Positions 41,890 through 60,399 of a stretch of DNA of 64,000 nt are shown here, one piece after another; positions within the stretch are counted from its first letter, which is position 1; every line of letters starts with the position of its first letter. A program made the translations under genes and the position numbers. Below the pieces are notes generated by a model. It worked only from the letters and a program-made list of their open reading frames with translations. It searched no databases and had not been told where the DNA came from. The stretch is from the human T2T-CHM13v2.0 reference genome, Homo sapiens: NCBI RefSeq assembly GCF_009914755.1, contig NC_060932.1, one strand, 5' to 3'.

Positions 41890-43640
41890 ACAGGACCTAG
41901 ATTTACCTTATACTGTTAAACAACTGGAAAACTGGACAAAATACAGGAAACAAAATTTTTTCAGACATTGGACAACAGGCAGCACTGGACAATGTTTCCC
42001 GGGAAGGGAAACCAGTAATGTGAGCACTTCCATGGCCCCAGCCCCTGCCTACACAGGGAAAGGGAACCCAAGTAGAGCCTGGTGGTCTTGCTGAGTTGAG
42101 AAAATTTGTGTGGAAGAGTGCTAGTAAGGAAGTTTCTGCAGAGATTGAGAGAGAGAGAGAGATTGAGAGACAGAGAAAGAGAGCCGTAAGCAGGAAGGCA
42201 TGAGCTATCTGTGGTCTGAATGTGTCCCCACCCCCTAAATTCATGCATTGAAATCCTTACCCCTAAAGTGATAGTATTAGATGTGGGGCCTTTTGGGAGT
42301 TGATATCATTAATGATCAATGAGATTAGAGCTTTTATAAAATAGGCCCAAGGGAGCTCATTCATAACCTTCCTCCATGTGAGGACACAATAGGACACAAT
42401 AAAGAAGGTGTCATTGATGAACCAAAGAGTGAGCCCTCACAAGATACCAAATTTGCTGATGTCTTGACCTTGGACTTCCCAGACTCCAGAACCATGAGAA
42501 ATAAGCTACCCAGTTGATGATGTTTTGTTATGGCAATCCCAGAAGACAGAGAAAGAGAGAGGGAGACAAAAGGAGAGAGAGAGACAAAGAGAGCAAAGTG
42601 GTGGTGGGGGGATGGGGGAAGAGAGAGAAGGAGAGGCGAGAACTCTGGAACTCAGCAGGAGAGTACTTTCAAATCTTCCTCTGAGAACCGATCTGCATAC
42701 ATGTGTGAGAAGACTACTGACACCAAGAAGAACTGCTGGAAAGACAGGCGGATCAATCTCCAGAGCACACACGGGTCCAGGAATAGCTTATATGCCCACT
42801 AGCCAGAGTGGAAAGACCTCCTAATACAGGGGGCATTAGGTTCAGTTCTCAGAAGGGTATTTATCACTAGTGGGGCCATATTACACCTAGACTAAAGGGC
42901 ACATCCCACAAAGCCTAAAAGCAAACCTCAAAAGTATCAAATGATTCCAATTGACTAAATTGCATCCCAGAAAAAAGCCCCTAAATACTTAAAGAAATAT
43001 AAAAACTATCAATTAACAGTAACACAATGAATAAAACCTTGGCATCCAATAGCATAAAATTCACCAAGTCCAGCATTGAGTCAAAAATGTTCAAGCATGC
43101 CAAGAAGCAGGGAAATACAATCTATAACCAGGAGACAAACAGTAGGAACAGACTGTGAAATATGTCCAAGAAAGGAGAGGAAAAGCATGATTGTGTTGAA
43201 GAGAAAAGTGGAAAATATTTTAAAAGACCCAAATTGAAGTTCTGGAGATGAGAAATACATGATCTGAAGTGAAAAATGCGGAATATCACGGATGACATTA
43301 ACAGCAGATTGGACACTGCAGAAGAAAAGATGAGTGAACTTGAAGACGTAGCAACAGAAACAATTCTAAATAAAACACAAATAAAGAAAAATACTAAAAA
43401 AAAAAAAAAAGGAAAAAAAGAACAGAGCAAGAGTGAGCTCTGGGACCATATCAATCAGCTTAACATGCAGGTAATTGGAGTTCTGAAATGGTGACGGTGG
43501 GCTGGGTGGATGAGGGGCGATTTGGCAGAGGAAACAGAATAGAAAAAAACCTTTGAAGAAATAATGGCCAAAAAATTTCCAAATTTGTTAAAAATTATAA
43601 ACCACAGTCCAATGAAACTCAACATACCTCAAGCAGAAAT
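41890..43640 (+). mobile_element. Ancient L1M 5'/ORF1 fragment with nested LTR
   Basis: ORF1-like INSRLDTAEEKMSELED..ELWD and EEIMAKKFPNL remnants. Confidence 0.75.
42210..42549 (+). mobile_element. MaLR LTR (MSTD/MLT1A-like)
   Basis: TGTGGTCTGAATGTGTCCCC...CCATGTGAGGACACA...TTGGACTTCCCAGACTCCAGAACCATGAGAAATAA. Confidence 0.75.
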
Positions 43641-43779
43641 CCCTGTATCCTTCAATAACAAAAGTTATTGTAGAATGTTAAAATGTCGAAATCTCATGAG
43701 TGAAGTCTGGGAGATGTCTGAATGTCTCTCCTTACTCTAATTAAAATACACATACCTAGCCGGTTTAGCTAGACCTGTG

Positions 43780-44720
43780 AGATCCAAAGAGTATCCATTA
43801 GCCACATGAAATGAGCATTCAATAAATGCTAGTACAATTGAGAAACTGAATTTATAATTCCATTTAATTTTCGTTAGTTTAAATGTAAAAACTGACACGA
43901 TTCATTTATTAAAAAACTTTAAGTATGTTCAGAACTCCTTGGGTATGTGAATTGACTTTTTATTTTCTTTCTTTCTTTCTTTTTATTTATTTATTTATTT
44001 ATTTGATATGAGGTCTCACTATATTGCCCAGGCTGGACTCAAACTCCTGGGCTCAAGCAATCTTCCAGCCTCAGCCTCCCAAGTAGCTGAGACTATAGGC
44101 ATGTACCATTGAATCTACTTTTTTTTTGAGATGGAGTCTTGCTCTGTCACCAGGCTGGAGTGCAGTGGTGTGATCTTGGCTCACTGCAACCTCTGCTTCT
44201 GGGTTCAAGAGAATCTCTTGCCTCAGCCTCCTGAGTAGCTGGGACTACAGGCGCGTCCACCACACCCAGCTAATTTTTGTATTTTTAGTAGAGATGGGGT
44301 TTCACCATGTTGGCCAGGATGGTCTCAATCTCTTGATTTCATGAACTGCCTGCCTCGGCCTCCCAAAGTGCTGAGATTACAGGCATGAGCCACTGCGCCC
44401 GGCTGAATCTACTTTTTCAACTGTAAAATTTATGAAGTCTTTATACAAACCAAGCACTTCAAATGGAAATTTGCATCTCATTTAAAATGCACTCTAAGTG
44501 TGAAACATGCATTGGATTTCAAAGACTTAGTATTATTAGAAAGAATATAAAAATATCTCATTAATAAGTGTATATTGATTACATGTTAAAATATTATTTT
44601 AAATGCATTGGGTTAAATAAAATATATTGTTAAAATCTATTTCACCTAGTTTTTAAAACTTTAATGTGGCTCATGGGAAATTTAAAATTACGTAAGTGGC
44701 TTACATTATTTTTCTATTGA
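43780..44720. mobile_element. hAT-Charlie DNA transposon remnant (MER33/Charlie-like) split by Alus
   Basis: TAGCCACATG...GAAACTGAATTTT and AATGTGGCT..AAATTTAAAATTAC.TAAGTGGCT.ACATTAT.TTTCTATTG. Confidence 0.55.
43967..44404 (-). mobile_element. Alu monomer (FLAM-like, 43967-44110) followed by full AluS (44118-44404)
   Basis: Two reverse Alu segments; TSD TGAATCTACTTTTT around the second. Confidence 0.9.
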
Positions 44721-47044
44721 GTATTCCTGGGCAAGACCAAATCCTGGCTACCAGCAAGTATACAGATAATGTATAACTTGAAATACTAAGCTGCTAAAGT
44801 ATTAAAAATAAATGTTTATAAAACATGGTATTTTACATTGAAATGGAATAAAAATACTTTGACATAAATCATAATGCTGCTCCTCTGTCGACAGTAAGGA
44901 AGAATTGAAACACGAGAGAACAGTTGTAAAAGTAGATCAACTTTGGACTGAAAGTTGTTAAAAAGAATAAAGATATTAATCAGCCATCTAACAGCATTTT
45001 TGTTAAAGCATCCTTAGAATGGGTAGACTTGTTTGGAAGTTATAAATTCTGGTATGTTTGCTAACAATGGGTCCTACTTCTTACAGGGACACCTCAGTGG
45101 TAGACCTCAGTTTGGGCAGTGCTGGGTAACTAGTCTGTTGGTATTCTGTCTTTTTAAATAAAAGGTTTTCTAATAAATAAGGTTTTTGTTTTTCTTTTTG
45201 GTTGTAGAAGTGCATTCAAGATAACTTAAGAGAAAAAGTTGTATTTATTGGAAGGGATTTGGATATTCCAGAAATGAAAGCAATGTTTAAAATGCAAATC
45301 TGAGGAGGGTCACAAACCAGGGAGCTCTGGAGGTCAGGGTATCTCTGGAGTTACTCCTTCTGAGCATTCAACTCTAGGGAAAGTAAGCTATCACCATTGT
45401 GAGTAAGCTATTCTACTCAAGAGTCAAATTCCAGATGCAGAACATTTGATTGGCCAAGCTTGGTTTATGTAACTGCCTCTGAAGTCAGCCATCTGAACCG
45501 TTATAAACTGAGAAGCAGGAAGGAGGGTGGATAAAGTATAGTGAAGATGATCCCACTTGAAGAAAGGGGAATGCATGTTGGCCACCTAAAACCTAAAAAT
45601 ACCACCTACAACAATAAGTGTCCGTGCAATAATGGAGAATAATTAAATCTGTATTGCAGTGTTTCTTCATTCTTGGCAAACACAGAATCTGAGCAAAGAC
45701 TTCTTTAGCAGAAACTGGGGTAGCAGATAGTTTATACACTGCAATTGTATGTGTCCTACTAAAACAAGATGGACAATGTATTAAAGTTAGCAAGCATAGC
45801 AAAAAGAAAGAAGAAAAAAAGGAAAAACCCAAAGAAGCTAAGACTAATAAAGATATCTTAGTACCATTACATTACATCCTTAGGGAATAAGTTGATAAAA
45901 TGTTAGTCAATTTCTATTTCATCTCTCCACTTCCTTTCCCCCATCTTCTGAATTTAAGATGGACATTAATCTTTCCATTGGAGAAAGTGTTTGTTAAAGT
46001 AGCTAAAATCCTCTTCTAACTTCAAATTCACTTTGCATCATTTGTTTATTTGTTTACCAGAAGTTTTATTGCACTATATACAGGATACTTGAGCCATTTT
46101 TTCAGAAGAAAAACGCTCAGTATACATAAGAGGAATACAGACAGGGCAAAGCAATGGAGTTGTTATTTAGAAGAGAGATGAACAAACTCTGAGCAAGTAG
46201 GCAATGCTTCTGATTATGAACCATATTTAATTATGATATCAGAAGAATTAAGTGTTTCCTTTCAAAAGTCAGAAAACACTCCAGTTTAGGCTTCTCTGTG
46301 GTGTGCTGAAACAGTGACATGTATGTGATTGATTATTTTGATTATATAAATACACACATATACACACATGCATAAATATGTGTATATATAATCTATGCTT
46401 AGATGCAAATTTTATATACTCTGTATATATTGATACAATATGTATGTGCCCTGTGATCTTTTGATAGTCTACTGCTCTTTATCTTCAATTGTTTTCTTGT
46501 ATTTTCTTACTTCAACACTTGCTTTTCTTTCATTTGCCTCATAAATGCAAATCTTTCCCACATTTTCCATGATTTAGTTATTTGTGGTCTCTCCTTTCTA
46601 TAGTCTCCGTAGATCTTATTTTAAATTATAGCTTCAACTATCACTTCTATGGGAATGATTTATAGTACATATATAATTTCATTCACTCAATCAATATTTA
46701 TTAAATATCTATTATACCCTAAGATCCAAGCTAAGTATGAGGATTAAAGTTTAATAAAACATGGTCCCTGTCATCATGTATATTTATAGCCATGACCTCT
46801 ATCTCAAGCTCCAGTAAATTAGAACTCAGAGATTTCTTCTAGTTTTCCTGCCATCTCTTCAATAGCAGTATCTTTGTCTTAAAATCTATTTTGTCTGATA
46901 TTAGTATAGCTTCTCTAGTTCTCTATTGGTTACAGTTCATGGAAACTTCTTTCATATTTTTACTCTTAACATATATCTGTGTTTTAATCTAAAGTATCTT
47001 GTACACGTCTTATAATGTATCATGCTTTTTAATCTATTCATCAA

Positions 47045-47373
<329 letters not shown>

Positions 47374-47464
47374 CAATTTCTACCTTTAATTAGAGAGTTT
47401 AATCAACTGATATTTAATGAAATTACTGTATCTGCTATTTTCTTTTTGTTTTCCGTATGCTTAC

Positions 47465-47857
47465 TGTGGTTTGAATGTTTGAGTTCCTCCAAAATTCATG
47501 TTGAAACTTAACCTCCATTGTGGTACGATTAAGACGTATGGTATTTTGGAAAGTGATTAAGTCGTGAGGGCTCTGCCTTTGTGAATGAGATTAATATCCA
47601 TATAGAAGAGGCTTCAAAGAGCTGCCTGGCTTCTTCAACTCTTCTGCCATGTGAGGACACAGCATTTGTCCCAGTTTCCTCTTTTGTTCTTCTGCCATGT
47701 GAGGACACTGTGAGAAGATGCCCTCCCCAGACACTGAATCTGCTGGTGCCATGATCTTGGACTTCCTAGCCTTCAGAATTGTGAGAAATAAATTTCTATT
47801 GTTTATAAATTATCCAGTCTGTTATTTTGTTATAGCACCATAAAGGGACTAGAGTGA
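47465..47857 (+). mobile_element. MaLR LTR (MST-family)
   Basis: TGTGGTTTGAATGTT..CCTCCAAAATTCATGTTGAAACTTAA...GAGAAATAAATTTCT..TTTATAAATTA. Confidence 0.8.
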
Positions 47858-50174
47858 TATGTCTGTTTTGTTTATTAATTCCTCCATTTGTTCCTTATTT
47901 TGTGTTAAATATATTCTGAAATTACATTTTAATTTTTATTTAATTTAGCTGACCACTAATGGAACAGAGACTTCAAGGGGTACACACAATGAAGAGTGAA
48001 GACTTACAAAATTAGTTTAGAAAAGTAACTAAATAAACAACTACAACAAGAAGCAACAACAAACACTATGGAATGGGTTATAATATTCAAGTATATACTA
48101 TTCCTAATATTGCTTTCAGCAAAAAAATATGAGACACACAAAGAAATCCAAGAAAATATGGCCCTGGCAAAGAAAATATATTCCACAGGAAAAAGTACTA
48201 TTTAATTTTTTTTTACTACGTATTTTTGGATTATTTTGTTAGTGGTTCCCTTGAAGATTACAATTAACACCTTAATTTATAACAAACTAGTTTAGACTAA
48301 TACAAATAATTTCAATAGTATACAAAGACTTTATTCCTATAGAACGCCATTCTTTCCCTCTTTTATGCTGTATAAGTTACATATTTATACATTATGTGCC
48401 CATCAACTAAGATTTATAATTACTGCATTATGCGTTTGTTTTTTAATAAAATTTTAAAAGGAGGAGTAATAAAAAATGCATTAATACTCTCTTTTATAGT
48501 TACTTATGTAGTTACTTTTGCCAGTGTTCTTAATTACTTCGTATGGATTCAAATTACTGTCTAGGGTCCATTTATTTCAGGGTGAAGAACTCCCTTTAAC
48601 ATTTCCTGTAGGAAAAGTCTACTAGCAATAAACTCCCTCAGATTTTGTTTATCTGGGAATGTCTTAATTTCTCCTTCATTTTTTTGAAGAACAGTTTTGC
48701 TGTTTTGGTTGATGAGTTTGTGATGAGTAATCTGTTCATCTTTAAGTATCTCTTATACATCATGAGTCTTTTTTCTCTTGCTGCTTTCAAGATTCTCTTT
48801 GTCATTGGCTTTTGACTGTTTGATTACAATGTGTCTTAGTCTCTTTGAGTTCATTTTTTCACAGTTTGTTGAGCATGTTAGATATTTATTTTCATGTCTT
48901 TCATTTGGAAGGAGTGTGATCATTATTTCTTCTTTCTGTTCCTTTCTCCTCTCTTTTTGGGGTTCTTATTATGTATACTTTGGTAAGCTTGATGGTGTTA
49001 CATGGGGCTCTTAGGCTCTATCCACTTTTTCTTCATTTTTTTCTTTCTGCTCCTTACACTAGAAAATCTTAATTGTCCTGTCTTCAAATTCACTGATTCT
49101 TTCTCTGCTGGCTCAAATTTTCCATTGAATCCCTCTGCAAATTTTTCATTTCACTTATTATATTTTTCAGCTTTGGAATTTCTATTTAGTGCTTTTTAAA
49201 GAATTTCTTTCTCTTCATTGGTATTTTCTGCTAGGTAAGAAGTTTTTCTCATGCTTTCCTTTAGTTCTTTAGAAATTGTTTTAGCTCTGAATATATTTGA
49301 AATCAATTACTTAAAATCTTTGTCTAATATGTCCAACATCTGGTCTTCATCAGGAGCAGTTTCTATTGATTGTTTTTTTTCATATGTGTGGACCATATGC
49401 TTTCTTATTTCTTGGTGTGGCTCATACTTTTTGTTGAAAACAGGGTATTTTGAATGTTATGTGTTTGAATTTTATAACCTATCCCTTAGTGCTTGTTTTT
49501 GTTGCTTCTTTTGAAGTTGTTCGTTCAGCAAATTTTCTGAACTAATTTTATGATATCTGTATTCTTCGTTGTATATTCCCCAGAACTCTCTGTTCCATTA
49601 GTGATCAGCTAATAATTGGACAAAGATTTCCTTAAATACTTGGAACTAAAATATATTGTATAAAACTAACTTTGTATAAAGTGGTGAGTAACACTCTCTA
49701 CACCTTTTATCAGTTTCCAGTGATAATCTAAATGATTCCTTAACATTTCAGAAAGACTCTTGTTGCCTTGAATGTGACATGCAAAGTCTGCACTACATGG
49801 GATATAAAGCTTATATTTGATTTATGCATTCAGCTGTTAATGTATCCATCACCAAATACTACTTGATGACAGGTGTTGTGAATTTAAACAAGACACAGAT
49901 TCTGGGAGGAGCCAAGATGGCCGAATAGGAAGAGCTCCGGTCTACAGCTCCCAGAGTGAGCGACGCAGAAGACGGTGATTTCTGCATTTCCATCTGAGGT
50001 ACCGGGTTCATCTCACTAGGGAGTGCCAGACAGTGAGCGCAGGTCAGTGGGTGCGCGCACCATGCACCAGCCGAAGCAGGGCGAGGCATTGCCTCACTTG
50101 GGAAGCACAAGGGGTCAAGGAGTTCCCTTTCCGAGTCAAAGAAAGAGGTGACGGACGGCATCTGGAAAATCGGG

Positions 50175-50348
50175 TCACTCCCACCCTAATACTGCGCTTT
50201 TCCGACTTAAAAAACGGTGCACCACAAGATTATATCCCACACCTGGCTCGGAGGGTCCTACACCCACAGAGGCTCGCTGATTGCTAGCACAGCAGTCTGA
50301 GATCAAACTGCAAGGCGGCAGCGAGGCTGGGGGAGGGGCGCCCGCCAT
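50175..50348 (-). pseudogene. L1 antisense ORF0, frameshifted near the C-terminus
   Basis: MAGAPPPASLPPCSLISDCCASNQR.. matches ORF0; diverges after FLSR. Confidence 0.75.
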
Positions 50349-50803
50349 TGCCCAGGCTTGCTTAGGTAAACAAAGCAGCCGGGAAGCTCGAACTGGGTGG
50401 AGCCCACCACAGCTCAAGGAGGCCTGCCTGCCTCTGTAGGCTCCACCTCTGGGGGCAGGGCACAGACAAACAAAAAGACAGCAGTAACCTCTGCAGACTT
50501 AAATGTCCCTGTCTGACAGCTTTGAAGAGAGCAGTGGTTCTCCCAGCACGCAGCTGGAGATCTGAGAACGGGCAGACTGCCTCCTCAAGTGGGTCCCTGT
50601 CCCCTGACCCCCGAGCAGCCTAACTGGGAGGCACCCCCCAGCAGGGGCACACTGACACCTCACACGGCAGGGTATTCCAACAGACCTGCAGCTGAGGGTC
50701 CTGTCTGTTAGAAGGAAAACTAACAAACAGAAAGGACATCCACACCAAAAACCCATCTGTACATCACCATCATCAAAGACCAAAAGTAGATAAAACCACA
50801 AAG

Positions 50804-51820
50804 ATGGGGAAAAAACAGAACAGAAAAACTGGAAACTCTAAAAAGCAGAGCACCTCTCCTCCTCCAAAGGAACGCAGTTCCTCACCAGCAATGGAACAAA
50901 GCTGGATGGAGAATGACTTTGACGAGCTGAGAGAAGAAGGCTTCAGACGATCAAATTACTCTGAGCTACGGGAGGACATTCAAACCAAAGGCAAAGAAGT
51001 TGAAAACTTTGAAAAAAATTTAGAAGAATGTATAACTAGAATAACCAATACAGAGAAGTGCTTAAAGGAGCTGATGGAGCTGAAAACCAAGGCTCGAGAA
51101 CTACGTGAAGAATGCAGAAGCCTCAGGAGCCGAAGCGATCAACTGGAAGAAAGGGTATCAGCGATGGAAGATGAAATGAATGAAATGAAGCGAGAAGGGA
51201 AGTTTAGAGAAAAAAGAATAAAAAGAAATGAGCAAAGCCTCCAAGAAATATGAGACTATGTGAAAAGACCAAATCTACGTCTGATTGGTGTACCTGAAAG
51301 TGATGGGGAGAATGGAACCAAGTTGGAAAACACTCTGCAGGATATTATCCAGGAGAACTTCCCCAATCTAGCAAGGCAGGCCAAGATTCACATTCAGGAA
51401 ATACAGAGAACACCACAAAGATACTCCTCGAGAAGAGCAACTCCAAGACACATAATTGTCAGATTCACCAAAGTTGAAATGAAGGAAAAAATGTTAAGGG
51501 CAGCCAGAGAGAAAGGTCGGGTTACCCACAAAGGGAAGCCCATCAGACTAACAGCGGATCTCTCGGCAGAAACCCTACAAGCCAGAAGAGAGTGGGGGCC
51601 AATATTCAACATTCTTAAAGAAAAGAATTTTCAACCCAGAATTTCATATCCAGCCAAACTAAGCTTCATAAGCAAAGGAGAAATAAAATACTTTACAGAC
51701 AAGCAAATGCTGAGAGATTTTGTCACCACCAGGCCTGCCCTAAAAGAGCTCCTGAAGGAAGCGCTAAACATGGAAAGGAACAACCGGTACCAGCAGCTGC
51801 AAAATCATGCCAAAATGTAA
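50804..51820 (+). pseudogene. L1 ORF1p with premature stop
   Basis: MGKKQNRKTGNSK...HAKM; TGG>TGA at 51251-51253 (QEI*DY). Confidence 0.95.
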
Positions 51821-51868
51821 AGACCATCAAGACTAGGAAGAAACTGCATCAACTAATGAGCAAAATAA

Positions 51869-55712
<3,844 letters not shown>

Positions 55713-57034
55713 ACAATGAGATCACATAGACACAGGAAGGGGAATATCATACTCTGGGGACTGTTGTGGGGTGGGGGGACGGGGAGGGATAGCATTGGGA
55801 GATATACCTAATGCTAGATGACGAGTTAGTGGGTGCAGCGCACCAGCATGGCACATGTATATATATGTAACTAACCTGCACAATGTGCACATGTACCCTA
55901 GAACTTAAAGTACAATAAAAAAAAAAAAAAAGACACAGATTCTGCTCTTAGACAGATCACAATCTAGTTGTGTGACTCTGGGAAGGTTCCTTAATCTCTC
56001 TGAGGCTTCAGTCCTTCCACGACATAGTAGGAATATTATTATCAATCTCACTGGATTGTTATGAGAATTAAATGGGAATATGTATGTAAAGATAGTGCTG
56101 TATCTGATATCAAGTTAATGCTTAATAAATGTTTTCTCCCTGCACTTGTCTATTCTCAGTGCAACAGAGGAACTTTAAGTAGCAACTATCATCATCTGTC
56201 ATGTGCTATTTATATGCCAACTGAGTGCAAAGGGTCTCATTCAATATTTTATTCAGTTTATTTAAAAATGACTATGTAGTAGGTGTTAATATAGTAGTTA
56301 TTAATTGATTAACATAAGTAGTCATTAAAAGAACAGCTGAAAGTGGCTCAAAGACATTAAACAACTTCCTGATGCCATGCAACTGCCACATTAAGATTAA
56401 GAGTTTGAATTCAAGTCTCCTTGAATCCAATATCTACATTCTTAACCACTTCCCTACATTTTTGTTGGTACAAGTGCTTTCCTCACAAAATGACACAAAC
56501 ATAAAATTCTTAAGGAAGTAATAGTTCCAGAGTAGTAGTTCCATAGAACTGATGGAAAGACCTTTTCTTGCCTTTCTTTGGTTGCAGAGGGCAACAGAAA
56601 GCCAGAAGGGTCAGCATGAGAGAGATGGAATATGAAAAGAGTGAGTACCTCATAGTGTCAGCTTAAATTCTAGTCTCTCTACTAACATTTCTCCAAGAAA
56701 TTTATTTTAATTTGGACAATGAAAAATTATATAGGTTTAACACTGTGCAATAAGCTTCTAGGAAACTGAGCCAGACTGACGGGCTCTTGATGTTTTAATT
56801 AACTAACTAATTTTTCTGACAGAGTTTTTAAAAGCACATTCCTCAATTTTGCAAAGCCGAAAGCAAACCTCAACCAAAAAATTATGACAATAACAGTTCA
56901 AACACTGGTAAAGAATACTCCCTGCAGCACCTATTTGAAAAGTTAGCCCTTCTGTAGCTTAGTTCTTAATCAAAGTTGAGAGTTCAAGATCAGAAATATG
57001 TATGTATGTACGTATGTCTGTATGTACGTATATA

Positions 57035-58095
57035 TAATTTTTATTTGCCTTCCGGGGTACATGTGAGGTTTGTTACACAGGTAAACTCGTATCACGGGGG
57101 GGTTGTTGTACAGATTATTTCATCACCCAGGTATTACACTCAGTATCTGATAGCTATCTTTTCTGATCCTTTCCCTCCTCCTCCCCTCTATCCTTAAGTA
57201 GACTCCAGTGTCTGTTGTTCCCCTCTGTGTGCTCATAAGTTCTTATCATTTAGCTCTCACTTATAAGTGAGAGGATGCAGTATTTGATTTTCTGTTCTTA
57301 CATTAGTTTGCTAAGGATAATAGCCTCCAACTCCATCCATGTTTACACAAAAGACATGATCTCATTCTTTTTTATGGCTTCATATGCCATGGTGTATATG
57401 TACCATATTTTCTTTATCCAGTCTGTCACTGATAGGCATTTAGGTTGATTCCATGTCTTTGCTATTGTGAATAGTGCTGCAGTGAACATTTGCTTGCATG
57501 TGTCTATATGGTAGAATGATTTATATCCTCTGAGTATATATGTAGTAATGGGATTGCAGGGTCAAATGGTAGTTCTGCTTTCAGTTCTTTAAGTTCTTTT
57601 AGTTCTTTACTGCTTTCCACAATGGTTGAATTAATTTACGCTTCCACCAACAGTGTATAAGTGTTCCCTTTTCTCCACAACCACACTAGCATGGTATTTT
57701 TTTTTTGACTTTTTAATAATAGCCATTCTGACTGGTGTGAGATAGTATCTTACCGTGCTTTTGATTTGCATTTCTCTAATTATCATTGATATTGAGCTTT
57801 TTTTCATATGCTTGTTGGCTACATGTATGTCTTCTTTTGAAAAGTGTCTGTTCATGTCCTCTGATCAGTTTTTAGTGGGGTTGTTTGTTCTTATCTTGTA
57901 AATTTGTTTAAGTTCCTTATAGATGCCGGATATTAGACCTTTGTCAGGTGCGTAGTTTGCAAATATTTTCTCCTATTCTACAGGCTGTCTGTTTACTCTG
58001 TTGATAGTTTCTTTTGCTGTGCAGAAGCTCTTAAGTTTATTTAGGTCCCATTTGTCAATTTTTGCTTTTGTTGCATTTGCTTTTGGTTTCTTTCC
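57035..58095 (-). mobile_element. 5'-truncated older primate L1 3' end (L1PA13-16-like)
   Basis: Reverse ORF2 C-terminus [19 protein letters not shown] and 3' UTR. Confidence 0.88.
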
Positions 58096-58812
58096 AAGAT
58101 CATGTTTTAAAACGAAGGTTTAAAGGTATTTGAACTGTCTTTACTCTGGTCTGTTTCCTGAAGAGGTCTGTTGGCAGGATCTAGAGCACTCTGCCATAGC
58201 CAAAGGCTTCAGGTGGCTATAATGCTTGAAGTCACCAGCACAGATTTTAATATCCAGGGAGGCTAAACTTGTGGCATGGACAAGTTCTGGGAAGATCTAC
58301 GGTCATTAGGCACTCATGAGAGCCTTTTCTTTTCTTCTCTTCTCTTAAAATGTTTTTCTTTTTAATTGCTTTAAAGGTATTTAGAAAAATAACAAATAAG
58401 ATGTGGATCAGGCTTGTGTTTAAGAAGAAAAAATATCATTGCTAAAATTTTGGGTTTCTAAAAGCGTTGTTAAATAAAACAAAGCTTAAACTTAGAGAAC
58501 GTTTGTGTCCTGTTTGAAGTAATTAAACTTACATTTATTGACTTGATCTTAAAACCATGCACTTTAGAATATAATTTTCCTGCCCCTTCATGGCCAATAG
58601 ACTAGATTGTGAGGTTCTTGAGGGCAAGTACCCTAAACAAATGGCACCAACCAAATAAACAAAAAAACAGATGAAACATTTGTTGTTTTTTTTGTTGAGT
58701 GCCTGTGCTCAGTACCTATGTTTTTCTAGCTGTGTGAGTGCCACAGGATTCCCTGGGGAGCAGAGTCTGAGATGGAGAGAAGAGTGCATGAGGCTTGTTA
58801 AGGAGTGCTTTT

Positions 58813-59850
58813 GCAATTGCAACAACAGCAAAAATTGACAAATTGGATCTAATTAAACTAAAGAGCTTCTGCACAGTAAAAGAAACTATCAACAGAGTAA
58901 ACAGACCAACCTACAGGATGGGAGAAAATTTTCACAAACTATGCATCTGACAAAGGTCTAATATCCAGCATCTATACGGAACTTAAATTTACAAGGAAAA
59001 AAAAAAACTCCATAAAAAAGTGGGAAAAGGACATGAACAGACACTTTTCAAAAGAAGACATACATGTGGCCAACAATCATATGAAAAAGCAGCTCAACAT
59101 CACTGATCATTAGAGAAATGCAAATCAAAACCACAATGAGATACCATCTCACACTAGACAGAATGACTATTAAAAAGTCAAAAAATAGCAGATGCTGGTG
59201 AGGTTGTGGAGAAAAAAGAATGCTTATTCACTGTTGGTGGGAGTGTAAATTAGGTCAACCTCTGTGGAAGACAGTGTGGCAATTCCTCAAAGACCTAAAG
59301 ACAGAAATACCATTTGACCTAGAAATCCCATTACTGGGTATATACCCAAAGGAATAAAAATCATTCTGTTATAAATATACATGCACGTGTGTGTTCATTG
59401 CAACACTATTCACAATAGCAAAGACATAGAATCAACCTAAATGCCCATCAATGATAGACATGATAAAGAAAATGTGGTATATATACAATGGAAAACTATG
59501 CAGCCATAAAAAAGAGTGAGATTACATCCTTTGCAGGGACATGGATGAAGATGGAGGCCATTATCCTTAGCAAACTAACACAGGAACAGAAAACTAAATA
59601 CTGCACGTTCTCATTTATAAGTGTGAGCTAAATGATGAGAACACATGGGCACAGAGAGGGGAACAACACACAATGGAAACTATTGAAGGGTGGAGGGTTG
59701 GAGGAGGGAGAGGATTAGGAAAAATAACTAATGGGTACTAGGCTTAATACCTGGGTGATGATATAATCTGTACGACAAACCCCTATGACACATGTTTACC
59801 CATGTAACAAACCTGCACATGTACCCTGAACTTAAAATAAAAGCTATAAA
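58813..59850 (+). mobile_element. 5'-truncated older primate L1 3' end (L1PA13-16-like)
   Basis: ORF2 end and 3' UTR to AATAAA; TSD A(G/A)GAGTGCTTTT at about 58801 and 59852. Confidence 0.88.
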
Positions 59851-60087
59851 AAAGAGTGCTTTTAGCATTGATGTCTTTTAAAGAAAGAGAAGGATGAGAT
59901 TGGATAGAGGAAAAGTTGTGTCTCAAAGGAGGCCTCTGAGCTGACCTCATGAGATACTCTGAATTGACAACTCAGTTGAGGTAATCTCTCATAGGGGTCA
60001 GTCACTGAATGTGCCCCAAAGGACATAGCCTTGGGTAAAGAGTACCATGGACAACAGTCCACACAGAATAGGCAGTAAGGCCTTTTT

Positions 60088-60399
<312 letters not shown>

